From IMG/VR virus record IMGVR_UViG_3300040971_000062, positions 1-35,569 of that record: 35,569 nucleotides of DNA. The stretch is one strand, 5' to 3'. The stretch's first letter is position 1; each line of letters begins with the position of its first letter. Positions 27,101 through 35,424 of the stretch are shown in pieces. Below the pieces are notes generated by a model, which was not told the DNA's origin, made no database searches, and was given only the letters and a program-made list of their open reading frames with translations. The DNA comes from a virus. Lineage: Duplodnaviria; Caudoviricetes. Position numbers and translations under genes: made by a program.

Positions 27101-27553
27101 ATCAAAAACGCCCTTAAAATGAAGCTGCTGAGCGAACCAATTAGCCAGGCTGTTGCCGATTTGGCTGATGACATGGTAAACGGGGAGCTTTCACCTGCTC
27201 AACAGGCAGAATTCAGGGCTAAAATTGATGCCGCCGCTCAGAATTTCAACAATGCCCTCACATTGTATCCTGATCTTTTTGGACCCGATGCAGATGCAAA
27301 TTTTGATCAACCAGATCGCAACATGTTCAGCTCAATGACTCAGCAAACAGGATCAGAGCTTTTAGGACAATTTACAGCCTTACGCATGAGTGCAGCTGCA
27401 ATTAATGATCTACTACAAGAGGAAAGGCAATCGCGCACATCAATGAGGCTTGCTCTTGAGGGAATACTCGAAAATACAAGTTATTGCCGCAAGCTTGCCG
27501 ATATCGACACTACTTTGAAATCAATTGAAACCGACGGAGTAAAAATACGATGA
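24134..27553 (+). CDS. Tail tape measure protein
   Basis: 1139 aa, Ala/Glu/Lys-rich coiled coil with hydrophobic segments. Confidence 0.88.
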   Translation: MSDRLGPVEVEFTIPDSFGREADAAVKSMSRLTTAATKMPQEAKAAVLEQQNIVKSIEADIKQLEKSLKTISPGKARQEIVQELSAAKRALEEEKVGLTQLEGAADKAAAGNKRLSFQLRDMQEQLIRMRQAGQQSTDEYRKMELAAAALADEIADVKQVTRQLANDQATFQGFAQGITGLTGAFSAAGGAVALFAGENANLQKIQTKVQGLMAITIGLQQVSTTLNKDSAFMTVTVARAKQLWAAAEGKLTLALWGSNAAAKALMATMTLGVAIAIPALIALYNRLVDRQEAAVKAQKEAKRITTESNIEAGKARIEIDQMIRKLENFRGSKEAEKKLLGEVNKAYGDTFGTYKTLAQWLDVLKEKAAQYVQVMFLQSKATRLVDKAIKFDTQAQELAAQPLTDFVDMNDVQQATNMFGKVDEVKLKQIAEERKNLQLSNANSRKELALKEAELIQTQLQELQNTAGINVNFDSDQKETEKQTYSQKLAEVKKFFELYKNAIEMGQKEAAAIFQKQLPKAASYEEYITQELAKANKAGDLEKVSVLIPEKNEVSSGFKDLLKQYQSFSDQRAAIEEKYNADIEKLTKAGFVEKAQIAAEARDMELKALDEEQPLSKLLEKYRDYRAKIQKITIDSQKEIDTLRAAGYESEAKEAELKRDQDISKLIIENEFNQYERISEMGRKELREFIEKVGTKIQLMKAEGKNVEALEEVYNKAQKALTGADNSGDSFRTVAFLLNNMSSAAGQVNNELGRMVNLAGNLAGGFGDALDGLKAGGKDAIASFGSIVSIMATIADELDKQFGRQKRIADIEQERQQYNDRLRNLIDNTTEALERQIKALNKLNTDGKPEAYLKTLEMIEASIQVTRTQLEGMQFEFLPGPDELNQSINLDLLRSVTNAASDAEAIRIAMAEGWISSDQAAIALEYLATLEQLGDQADELSNERIEFLVQTNAINLSNELADTIVNAFNEGESAAMAWGKVTDQVMANAIKNALKMKLLSEPISQAVADLADDMVNGELSPAQQAEFRAKIDAAAQNFNNALTLYPDLFGPDADANFDQPDRNMFSSMTQQTGSELLGQFTALRMSAAAINDLLQEERQSRTSMRLALEGILENTSYCRKLADIDTTLKSIETDGVKIR

Positions 27554-27972
27554 CAGGTCAAATTTATCTGGATGGATTGGATGTCCATAATACATACAAT
27601 ATGATCGCCATAAGGGGATCGTATTCCGATTTGCTCCGCCTCCCAGATATGAAGGAGCCGAGCTCATACAGCTGGGATACTGAAGATGGAGACGATGTTG
27701 AGTTGACAGGCAGAAAATATGCAGACAGGGATATTAAACTTACGTTTTTGATGTCTGCCTCCGACATGTCAAAGCTCATGCCTAAGCGTGCGGCTCTTTT
27801 CGCCGCATTAAAAGCAGACGGCTATCGCACACTATCAGTTACGAGCCTGGGAAGGTCATGGCAGCTTTACTACAAAAGTTGCGAATCAACAAAATTTATC
27901 AATGCAGGCAAAAAAAGACTTGAGCTTGTTTTAAAATTTCGTTTACACGGGGAAAGCACCGCAATTGTATGA
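27550..27972 (+). CDS. Distal tail protein-like
   Basis: Directly after the tape measure; LL..P..KEP....W..EDG.D motif. Confidence 0.6.
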   Translation: MTGQIYLDGLDVHNTYNMIAIRGSYSDLLRLPDMKEPSSYSWDTEDGDDVELTGRKYADRDIKLTFLMSASDMSKLMPKRAALFAALKADGYRTLSVTSLGRSWQLYYKSCESTKFINAGKKRLELVLKFRLHGESTAIV

Positions 27973-29582
27973 ACTTAACATTCTACAGACCAACACCGCC
28001 AAGCGTAGGCATCTATAACATTGACATAACTGAAAACAGTTACGTCAATCGCAATGTTATGGGCGAGTGCACGGCTTTTATTGAGTTCCTCAGAAGCACA
28101 CCAATTACCATTTTGCCCGGCGATTACGTTGTTATTTTCGGCGAAACATACTTCGTCAAAGATAAACCAATGCCACTTCGCGATATTAACCGCCTGAAGT
28201 ATCAAATAACCGTTTACGGGACTATTAATGAGCTTGAGAAAGCAATATATTTTATCAACGACTCAACCGGCGTTGATAACACGGCATCCACATCCTGGAG
28301 CTGCACACCATTGGAGTTTTTAACTCAGTTGATCGTTAATTTGAACCGCATAAACCCGGGCAGATGGACTGCCGGAAGCTGCATTGAGGTGGGTACAAAA
28401 ACCCTTGCGCTCAACAATAACAACTGCCTTGAGGCGCTCCAATCAGCAGCAGAGCTTTGGGACACTCATTACCGCATTGACAACTTTACAGTCAGCCTGG
28501 ATAAAATTGATAGCGAAACTGTAATTCCCCTGGCCGTTGGAAAAGATCAGGGTCTGCGCGAAATAATCGCAAGCAAAAACAATAATTCAGAGGTAATCAC
28601 AAAGCTTTTTGCATATGGCTCTGACCAGAACAGCCCAACCGGCCAGAAGCTTCAAATACCATCAATCACCTATCCAGGCGCAACGGTATTGATCGAAGGT
28701 ATTAAGGAGTTTGATGATATCTACCCGCAAATAGTTCTTGAAATAACAAGCATGGTAGCAATATCATTGCCGCCTGACAATATTTATCCGTGGGAGCTTG
28801 GAACGGCTGCCCTGGGCTTTGATCTTAACGACTATCTTATTCCCGGCATTACGCCGCGTATCTCTTTCCTAACGGGTGAGCTTGCAGGAATGACATTCAA
28901 TTTCATTCGCCCTCCGATGGAAGTATTCATACTTCAAAAAACTACCCTGGGGGGAATGGTTATACCAGGACCAACAGGATACAATCCGGCGGTTGGAGAT
29001 ACCTTTGAGATTATAGGTATAGAAATGCCTGAGGTATGGATTGAGGAGGCTCAGGAGAGGCTATTGGAAGCCGCCCAAGCTTACCTTCAGGAAGTGCAGC
29101 CTAAACTTAAGCTTAACGTTAAGCCTGATGAGCTATACTTCAGGCGGAATGAAATTGATATCCCGCTAAATGTTAAGCTTAACCTTATAAGCGATATTAT
29201 ACCAGAGCTGGCCGATCCAGGAAAAGAAACCGAGGTTCTTGGTTATAAACGATTTATAACCAAGCCCTGGCAATACGACAATATCATAGTTGGCGATGTT
29301 TCTAATGTTAATCCTTTCGATGGCCGGGTTGGCCGAATTGTTGAAAGTCAGATTTTCAAAACCACAATCATAAACGAGGGCGGCAGTGATTCGCACTATG
29401 AGCACACGCAATTGGAGGCATCGGCAGAGTGGACAGTAAGGCATAACCTTGGCAAAAAGCCCTCAGTTGCAGTCACAGGCCCCACAGGCGAAACAAGGGA
29501 TGCAAAGGTAATCTACCTCACCCCAAACACACTGAAAGTAATATTTTCAATACCCACAACCGGGTCAGCAATTTGTAATTAA
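27969..29582 (+). CDS. Baseplate hub / tail tip (Tal-like) protein
   Basis: ITKLFAYGS..N, IEG.KEFDDIYP, F.TGELAG..F motifs recalled from Bacteroidota tail proteins. Confidence 0.65.
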   Translation: MNLTFYRPTPPSVGIYNIDITENSYVNRNVMGECTAFIEFLRSTPITILPGDYVVIFGETYFVKDKPMPLRDINRLKYQITVYGTINELEKAIYFINDSTGVDNTASTSWSCTPLEFLTQLIVNLNRINPGRWTAGSCIEVGTKTLALNNNNCLEALQSAAELWDTHYRIDNFTVSLDKIDSETVIPLAVGKDQGLREIIASKNNNSEVITKLFAYGSDQNSPTGQKLQIPSITYPGATVLIEGIKEFDDIYPQIVLEITSMVAISLPPDNIYPWELGTAALGFDLNDYLIPGITPRISFLTGELAGMTFNFIRPPMEVFILQKTTLGGMVIPGPTGYNPAVGDTFEIIGIEMPEVWIEEAQERLLEAAQAYLQEVQPKLKLNVKPDELYFRRNEIDIPLNVKLNLISDIIPELADPGKETEVLGYKRFITKPWQYDNIIVGDVSNVNPFDGRVGRIVESQIFKTTIINEGGSDSHYEHTQLEASAEWTVRHNLGKKPSVAVTGPTGETRDAKVIYLTPNTLKVIFSIPTTGSAICN

Positions 29583-29583
29583 C

Positions 29584-30786
29584 ATGGGCAAGCAAATAGA
29601 CATACAACATGATCACGCAATTCAAACGGCGGGCGAAACTGTACCTACAGGCTATGTCGGTTTGCTGGCAAAGGCTGACGGAATGTATGAGAAGCTTCCA
29701 GGGGAGAGCGGAGCTGAACGGAAGTTGTTTAATGAAGGCGGCGGCGGAGGTATTGTAATACCTAAACTTAAGCTTCAGCATGGCCATTTCAGAGCCGCCG
29801 GCGATCCTGTAAAGCGAAGAGATAATCTTTATGCAACTTGGGATGCAGATGATGATTCATTTATGGATCATAATCCTGAGATATGGGTATTCAGGCGCAG
29901 AAACATTGCAAGGAGAAAGCTGGTTGATGAGATACTTGATACTGAGCTTTGTTTAGATCCGGGATGCGATGATCCTGGAGCTTGGACATTAAACGCAGGG
30001 ATATCAGTTGAGGACAGCGTGATTAAATTTAATAATGTTGAGCAAGGCGAATCAGCTTATATGCCTTTACTTAGCTCTTTAGCTTGGCCATACGCATGGT
30101 ATGAAATCACTTTTACCGTTTTGAATTATTTAAGTGGTGGCATAAAAGCTTTTTATGGAGATGGCTTTACCGATGAAATTACGAGTAATGGAACCTATAC
30201 GATTAGAATTAGGAGAAAAACGGCTCCTATCGCTTTTGGTTTTATTGCAGCTTCCGTAACGGACACAAGTCTTAATATCGATAATGTTTCATTCAGATGG
30301 GTGTCCAGGTATTTTGATATCAGCTATAAAAAGAAGTGGGCGCACGAGCCGCATGAAAACGGTGTTAAGTATCCAGGATCAAACATGTGGGCTGGTCAAA
30401 CCATATCTGAAATTGCATCAATACAAGCATCAGGCAGGCAAACGGAATTTGAGTTAACAGCAGGCAGACAGGAAAAGCAGCTTGTAGGCATCGACCCGTA
30501 TGAGTATTACTACGGTTTTGATATTGCAACATCACAATATGTTAAGCTTAGTGACTCAACGGTAGCATCAGAAATGTCAGGCTTTAAGGCTGCTGGAACT
30601 ACTAATTTATCAATTGGTTTCCGTCTGGCTATAGTAATTGATCATCCATCAATTGAGGGTATGAAGTTGATTGGTGACCTTAGTGACCCTGTTTATCTGA
30701 GGTTGCATAAGATATATGATGCCTGGGGCGTTGTGCTTAACGCTTTTAACTTGCGCTACAAGTCAAATCAAATTATATTCAGATGA
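29584..30786 (+). CDS. Putative tail fibre / carbohydrate-binding structural protein
   Basis: Tail module position; central segment ending IDNVSF resembles a beta-sandwich carbohydrate-binding module. Confidence 0.45.
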   Translation: MGKQIDIQHDHAIQTAGETVPTGYVGLLAKADGMYEKLPGESGAERKLFNEGGGGGIVIPKLKLQHGHFRAAGDPVKRRDNLYATWDADDDSFMDHNPEIWVFRRRNIARRKLVDEILDTELCLDPGCDDPGAWTLNAGISVEDSVIKFNNVEQGESAYMPLLSSLAWPYAWYEITFTVLNYLSGGIKAFYGDGFTDEITSNGTYTIRIRRKTAPIAFGFIAASVTDTSLNIDNVSFRWVSRYFDISYKKKWAHEPHENGVKYPGSNMWAGQTISEIASIQASGRQTEFELTAGRQEKQLVGIDPYEYYYGFDIATSQYVKLSDSTVASEMSGFKAAGTTNLSIGFRLAIVIDHPSIEGMKLIGDLSDPVYLRLHKIYDAWGVVLNAFNLRYKSNQIIFR

Positions 30787-30939
30787 CAATATTGGTCGGG
30801 TATTTACGTGGAGTGAGTATAATGCCTTTGTGGCATGAAACACCTCAGCTGATTAGTGATAGCCTTAGCGGTTTAAATCAACAAATGCCTGACCTTTTTT
30901 TTAAAAACGTCAACAAAACAACATAAAACGACAAACACA

Positions 30940-31839
30940 ATGAAAAACACAATCCAGATCAACAGAGGCAAAACCTTGCCAGCGATTTACACAATAGGCT
31001 TTTCAAGCGATTTTGCAAAAAGCATAATCATTGAATCATTTGAAGGAATTGACATTGATTTGCCTATTACTTTCGGCTGGGGCAATACTGATCAAACTGC
31101 TAAAATGATTACATTGCTCGACTCAGCTCAGGAAGCAATAACGCTCACAGTTGACAAAACAACCCGCCGTGCAGGCATCATGCTTAAAGATGTGGTTTGT
31201 CCTTACTTGTTTGTTAAAATCAACCTGCCTGAAGGAGTAATATTGCCAACGGCATCAACCCTTGCATCATCGGCACTTACCGAGATCAGCGCAACATTGT
31301 CGGCAAGCGTAAACCCTCGCGGATCGCTTACAAATGTAATTTTTGAGTATGGTATTGGAAATGCTTTTAACAATAGCGCATCCGCTACAGATGTACCCAT
31401 CGGCTCAGCTGCAACCAGGCAAAAAACCGTTACAGGGCTTACACCAGGCACTGAGTACAATGCGCGGGTTAAGATGATTAGCTCAGCCGGTACAAGTTAC
31501 AGTGATGAATTTACATTTACAACTGTAACACCTTTAGCTCCAACAATTGACGATGAGGCCGTGGTTGAGGCATCAGACAGCGCAGCCATCAGTGCATCAG
31601 TTGATACAAATGGACACGATACAACTGTAACCATTGAGTACGGATTAACAACTGCTTACGGAAGCTCTGTAGCAGCTGAAGAAAGCCCGATAGATGCAGC
31701 AGTTGATCCTGTTGATATATCAGCTGACATTATCGATCTGGAACCTGAAACAACATATCACTGGCGTGTAGTTGCAACCAACTCGGTAGGAACTACCAAC
31801 GGCGACGATCAAAAATTAACCACCGAAGCGGAGGCATAA
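30940..31839 (+). CDS. Fibronectin type III repeat virion protein
   Basis: Two repeats: VNPRG..T...FEYG...TGLTPGTEY and VDTNG..T...IEYG...DLEPETTYHWRVVATNS.GT. Confidence 0.8.
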   Translation: MKNTIQINRGKTLPAIYTIGFSSDFAKSIIIESFEGIDIDLPITFGWGNTDQTAKMITLLDSAQEAITLTVDKTTRRAGIMLKDVVCPYLFVKINLPEGVILPTASTLASSALTEISATLSASVNPRGSLTNVIFEYGIGNAFNNSASATDVPIGSAATRQKTVTGLTPGTEYNARVKMISSAGTSYSDEFTFTTVTPLAPTIDDEAVVEASDSAAISASVDTNGHDTTVTIEYGLTTAYGSSVAAEESPIDAAVDPVDISADIIDLEPETTYHWRVVATNSVGTTNGDDQKLTTEAEA

Positions 31840-31840
31840 T

Positions 31841-33160
31841 ATGTTGAAAGAAATGGCAATCAGCTGCGCGAGGGGAGTCTCGCGCAGCGTTACACTTGGT
31901 TCAAGCTCCTTTGAAAATGAGTGGTACGGTGTTGAGTTTGATCAAACCGCCAGCGCGTCAACAATGACTCGCATTGGCAGGCTCGGGCTTCATGCCTCGC
32001 TTCCAATTCAGAGTAAAATGCAGAGATGCATTTTGAGCGCATCCGGCGTGGTTCAGTATTACCTCAACCCATCAAACTCATTGCTTAAAGCAGATGGCGC
32101 CGCCGCAGTTCTTGATGGCACAGATGGCCAGGTGATGGTTGAAATGCCAGAGTTTTATTATACGGTTGAGGCTGACGGCAATACAAGGCGCATCAAAATA
32201 TCAAAATACCCAATTGCCGGATTTTCCCTTTCGGGAAAAATGTACCTGGGCGCATTTGAGGGTGCAGTTAAGCGCTCAACCTCTCAGCTCATGAGCGTAA
32301 TTAACGCAACTGCTGACTTCCGTGGGGGCAACAATAACGCTGCATGGGACGCTCAGTCAAATAGCCTGCTTGGCAAACCGGCCACGGTAATCAGCCTTAC
32401 AAACTTCCGCGCTTTTGCGCGCAATAACGGGGCAAAATGGTCTGCAAGATCATACCTTTCGCGCGCAAAAATGAACATGCTTTATATGGTTGAATACGCA
32501 AACAGGCATGTGCAGGCATCTTACAATGAGGCATTGACTGCACAGGGGTATAAGCAGGGCGGGCTTGGAGATGGCGTAACAGCCGTCAACAGCACAAACT
32601 GGAATACCTTTTCAGGATACTACCCATTTGTCCCGTGTGGCCGTACTGTCAGCCTTGGCAATAAGTCAGGTTTTGTTAACTATGTGGTAGCAGGCTTTAC
32701 GGGCGGCGATATCACAGTCCCGGTTCCATCCTACCGGGGAGTAGAGCAGCCTTATGGTCACATTTGGGAGTGGGAAGACGGAATTCTTTACAATATACAG
32801 GCCAATGACGCCGGGGCCCAGTCTCGAATATTTATTTGTGATAATCCCGCAAATTATGCCGATATACTCACAAATTACAGGCAGGTTGGCTTGCTTTCAC
32901 GAAACGAAGGTTATATAACCAGGTGCTTATTGGATGAGGGGCTTACAATTCCAACCGAAGCTACTGGCGGCAGCTCAACTACGCGCTACTCAGATTATTT
33001 CTATACATCTATTCCCGCGTCAGGTAGTAGCATCCGTGGGTCTCTGGTGTCTGCGGCTGCGATTGTTGGCGCGGCTGCGGGCCTCTTTTGCCTGAGTACG
33101 TATCGCGTTCCGGCGGATGCGGCTGCGCTCATCGGGTCTCGGCCTTGCTTCATTCCGTAA
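31841..33160 (+). CDS. DGR target protein, putative receptor-binding protein with C-type lectin (FGE-like) C-terminal domain
   Basis: GQVMVE.P.FY, YRGVE..YGHIWEW.DG, C-terminal IGSRPCF; carries the VR. Confidence 0.85.
   Translation: MLKEMAISCARGVSRSVTLGSSSFENEWYGVEFDQTASASTMTRIGRLGLHASLPIQSKMQRCILSASGVVQYYLNPSNSLLKADGAAAVLDGTDGQVMVEMPEFYYTVEADGNTRRIKISKYPIAGFSLSGKMYLGAFEGAVKRSTSQLMSVINATADFRGGNNNAAWDAQSNSLLGKPATVISLTNFRAFARNNGAKWSARSYLSRAKMNMLYMVEYANRHVQASYNEALTAQGYKQGGLGDGVTAVNSTNWNTFSGYYPFVPCGRTVSLGNKSGFVNYVVAGFTGGDITVPVPSYRGVEQPYGHIWEWEDGILYNIQANDAGAQSRIFICDNPANYADILTNYRQVGLLSRNEGYITRCLLDEGLTIPTEATGGSSTTRYSDYFYTSIPASGSSIRGSLVSAAAIVGAAAGLFCLSTYRVPADAAALIGSRPCFIP
33036..33149 (+). repeat. 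DGR variable repeat (VR)
   Basis: 114-bp copy of 33246-33359 with 20 mismatches, all opposite TR adenines. Confidence 0.95.
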
Positions 33161-33245
33161 CACTGCCCGCGCAGCGCGAACCGCCGGAGGCCGGAAAACG
33201 GAGCACGGGGCGATTTTAGTTCTTTGATTAAGGTTGTATGTTGGT

Positions 33246-33359
33246 GTGGGTCTCTGGTGTCTGCGAATGCGAATAATGGCGCGAATGCGGGCCTCTTTTA
33301 CCTGAATACGAATAACGTTCCGGCGAATACGAATGCGAACATCGGGTCTCAGCCATGCT
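33246..33359 (+). ncRNA. DGR template repeat (TR)
   Basis: AAT/AAC-rich copy 210 bp downstream of the VR, followed by CCCTGCCTCTTGGCAAAAA. Confidence 0.93.
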
Positions 33360-33467
33360 ATGAATTTTCCGCCAACATAAACCCTGCCTCTTGGCAAAAA
33401 ATGACAAATTTAAACCGCTTTATGGTAGCCACACGGCGAAGTATAGCGGCTTAACAGAAGCAAAACT

Positions 33468-33580
33468 ATGAAACGAATTACAAATCTGTACGAAACCCTT
33501 TGCATTGCAATTCAAAAAACCTTCTTAAAAAACTTCTCAATGAGAACAAACGCGAAACATCTGCCGCCCAGGCTTCTTGA
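33468..33580 (+). pseudogene. Remnant of DGR reverse transcriptase (N- and C-termini only)
   Basis: MKRITNLYETLC (33468-33503) joined out of frame to HCNSKNLLKKLLNENKRETSAAQAS* (33503-33580); both resemble DGR RT termini as recalled; no YxDD core. Confidence 0.75.
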
Positions 33581-34082
33581 CCTTGGCAACGGCCAATATC
33601 ACTTTAACCACAGCCTGGAAAGCCTTACCGATGAAAACGGCCAGCCAGACTATTATTACGAGTCTGTGCTCGTAAACGGCGAGCCTACTTACAACCTTCT
33701 TGTAACCTCGATGATTGCCGATAAGTATTCAACCGCTCAGGAACTGGCACTGATCAATAACTTTAACGCTGATAAAGACGTTCAGGCTTATGTTGACTAT
33801 CAGCGCTACAGGGAGCTTTGCAAGCTTGTTGCAACATCGCCAGCTTTACTTTTAAAGGCCGAGGTTGACGCGCTGTATTCAGCAACCGGGAAGATCAAAA
33901 TCACGCTGCCAATTGTAAAGGTACTTGCGGGAGGTATCTACGCCGGGCTTGCTGATTTGCTCATGAAAAAGAAGGCAATATTTGCAAGCTCCGATACACA
34001 TGTAACGGTTTGGGTGAGTTATTTGCTTGAGCAGCATCAGGCTCTGCTTGCCGCCGATCCGGAAGTCACAATCGAACTCTAA
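33540..34082 (+). CDS. Hypothetical protein (possible tail fibre-associated)
   Basis: Native start likely ATG 33540 (MRTNAKH); the 33468 start in the ORF track results from the RT deletion. Confidence 0.6.
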   Translation: MRTNAKHLPPRLLDLGNGQYHFNHSLESLTDENGQPDYYYESVLVNGEPTYNLLVTSMIADKYSTAQELALINNFNADKDVQAYVDYQRYRELCKLVATSPALLLKAEVDALYSATGKIKITLPIVKVLAGGIYAGLADLLMKKKAIFASSDTHVTVWVSYLLEQHQALLAADPEVTIEL

Positions 34083-34378
34083 TGAAAAGATTTTCCGACT
34101 TCAACGTCACGGCGCCGGAAAAGACGTTTGACGGCGAGAAGATTAAAATATTTAAGATTCTCAACCGTGAAATAAAGGTTCTGAACTACCGCATGGTAGA
34201 TAGCAAGTTCAAACAAAGCCAGCAGAGGCTTGACCTACACATTGAGCTTGAGAACGTAAAGTATATTGTTTTTACGGGTTCTGTAAACCTTATAAAAATG
34301 ATTACTCAAATAGACAAAGCAGACCTTCCGTTTTTAACGGTTATTGAAAAGGACGGGGAGTCCTTTAAGTTCACATAA
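34082..34378 (+). CDS. Small conserved hypothetical protein, recalled next to Bacteroidota phage DGRs
   Basis: MKRFSDF...F.GEKI.I..ILN.EI.V..Y....SKF...FTGS..L......LPF motif. Confidence 0.6.
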   Translation: MKRFSDFNVTAPEKTFDGEKIKIFKILNREIKVLNYRMVDSKFKQSQQRLDLHIELENVKYIVFTGSVNLIKMITQIDKADLPFLTVIEKDGESFKFT

Positions 34379-34426
34379 AAAAAAGAGGCCTCTGCCTCTT
34401 TGCGGCCTGTCCAGGGCCAACAAAAT

Positions 34427-34486
34427 AAAGGTGCAGTAACACCACGGCAAAGGCCTATAAAGCCTTACTGGTGTTACTGCACCTTT
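34427..34486. promoter_or_regulatory. Perfect 18-bp inverted repeat upstream of methyltransferase
   Basis: AAAGGTGCAGTAACACCA (34427-34444) / TGGTGTTACTGCACCTTT (34469-34486). Confidence 0.8.
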
Positions 34487-34527
34487 TAATTTTTGGACAA
34501 TGCAAAACTAAATAAAAAAAACAACTC

Positions 34528-35345
34528 ATGAAAACAAAGAACTACAGCAGTGCCCCACTGCCTTTCCAGGGGCAAAAAAGAAGATTTGTAAAACAATTCA
34601 TCGAAGTAATAAAAATGCGCCCTGGTCGGGTTTATGTTGATTTGTTCGGTGGTAGTGGATTATTGAGTCATGTTGCCAAGTCAATACATCCTGATGCCCG
34701 CGTAATTTTCAATGATTATGATAACTTCAGTCAGAGGCTTGGAAACATCCCAAAAACAAACGTTTTGCTGTCCGATCTTCGCGAATTGAACAAAGGCATT
34801 AATCCTGATGCAAAGCTAAGCGATAGCCAGCGAGAACGCGTCCTGAGGCGAATAAAACAAGAGACGGCTTTGTTGACTATATTACACTTTCATCCTCATT
34901 GCTGTTTGCTATGCAGTATGTTAAATCATTTGATGATTTGAGTAAGTCAACATTTTATAATAAGGTCAAAATGAGTGATTATAATGCGGAGGGCTACTTG
35001 TCAGGCGTTGAGATTGTAAAGGATGATTATCGTAATGTTTATAGCGCATTCAAAGATCAGCCGGGCGTTGTATTTCTTATTGATCCTCCATATTTATCAA
35101 CTGATTGCAGCTCCTACGAAAACTACTGGCGCCTGAAGGATTACCTTGATGTAATGCTTTGCTTGTATGATAATTCTTATGTTTACTTCACCAGCAATAA
35201 AAGCAATATAGTTGAGCTATGTGAGTGGATTGAAACTAATACTGGCGGAAAGAATCCCTTCAATGGCGCTGTTACTCAAACCATGAGTGTTTCACCAACT
35301 TATAACACTTCGTACACTGATATGATGATTTACAAGTACGTTTAA
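34528..35345 (+). pseudogene. D12-class DNA adenine methyltransferase, frameshifted near 34863
   Basis: APLPFQGQKR and DLFGGSGLLS in ORF1, FLIDPPY in ORF2; a 1-nt insertion at GAGAC/GGC would restore ...GFVDYITLSSSLLFAMQY. Confidence 0.85.
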
Positions 35346-35371
35346 ACACTCTTTAAACCTAATTTAAATAG

Positions 35372-35424
35372 CTTTGCAAAACCATTGTGTGCGGGAAATA
35401 TTTCTCACATTTGGTTTTGCAAAG
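35372..35424. repeat. 13-bp inverted repeat near right prophage end
   Basis: CTTTGCAAAACCA / TGGTTTTGCAAAG. Confidence 0.7.

Noticed and set aside
1586-31460. Numerous antisense or off-frame ORFs in the track (e.g. 6312-6965, 15417-16070, 24760-25074)
   Set aside because: They overlap well-supported genes and lack recognisable motifs.
29584-31839. Second DGR target or invertible tail-fibre segment
   Set aside because: No additional VR copy seen by eye; no invertase or flanking inverted repeats recognised.
33224-33454. 76-aa Asn-rich ORF
   Set aside because: It is the DGR template repeat read in frame; no evidence it is a protein.
33468-34082. 204-aa ORF as a native single gene or as an RT
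   Set aside because: No RT motifs; its first 24 codons derive from the RT deletion scar.
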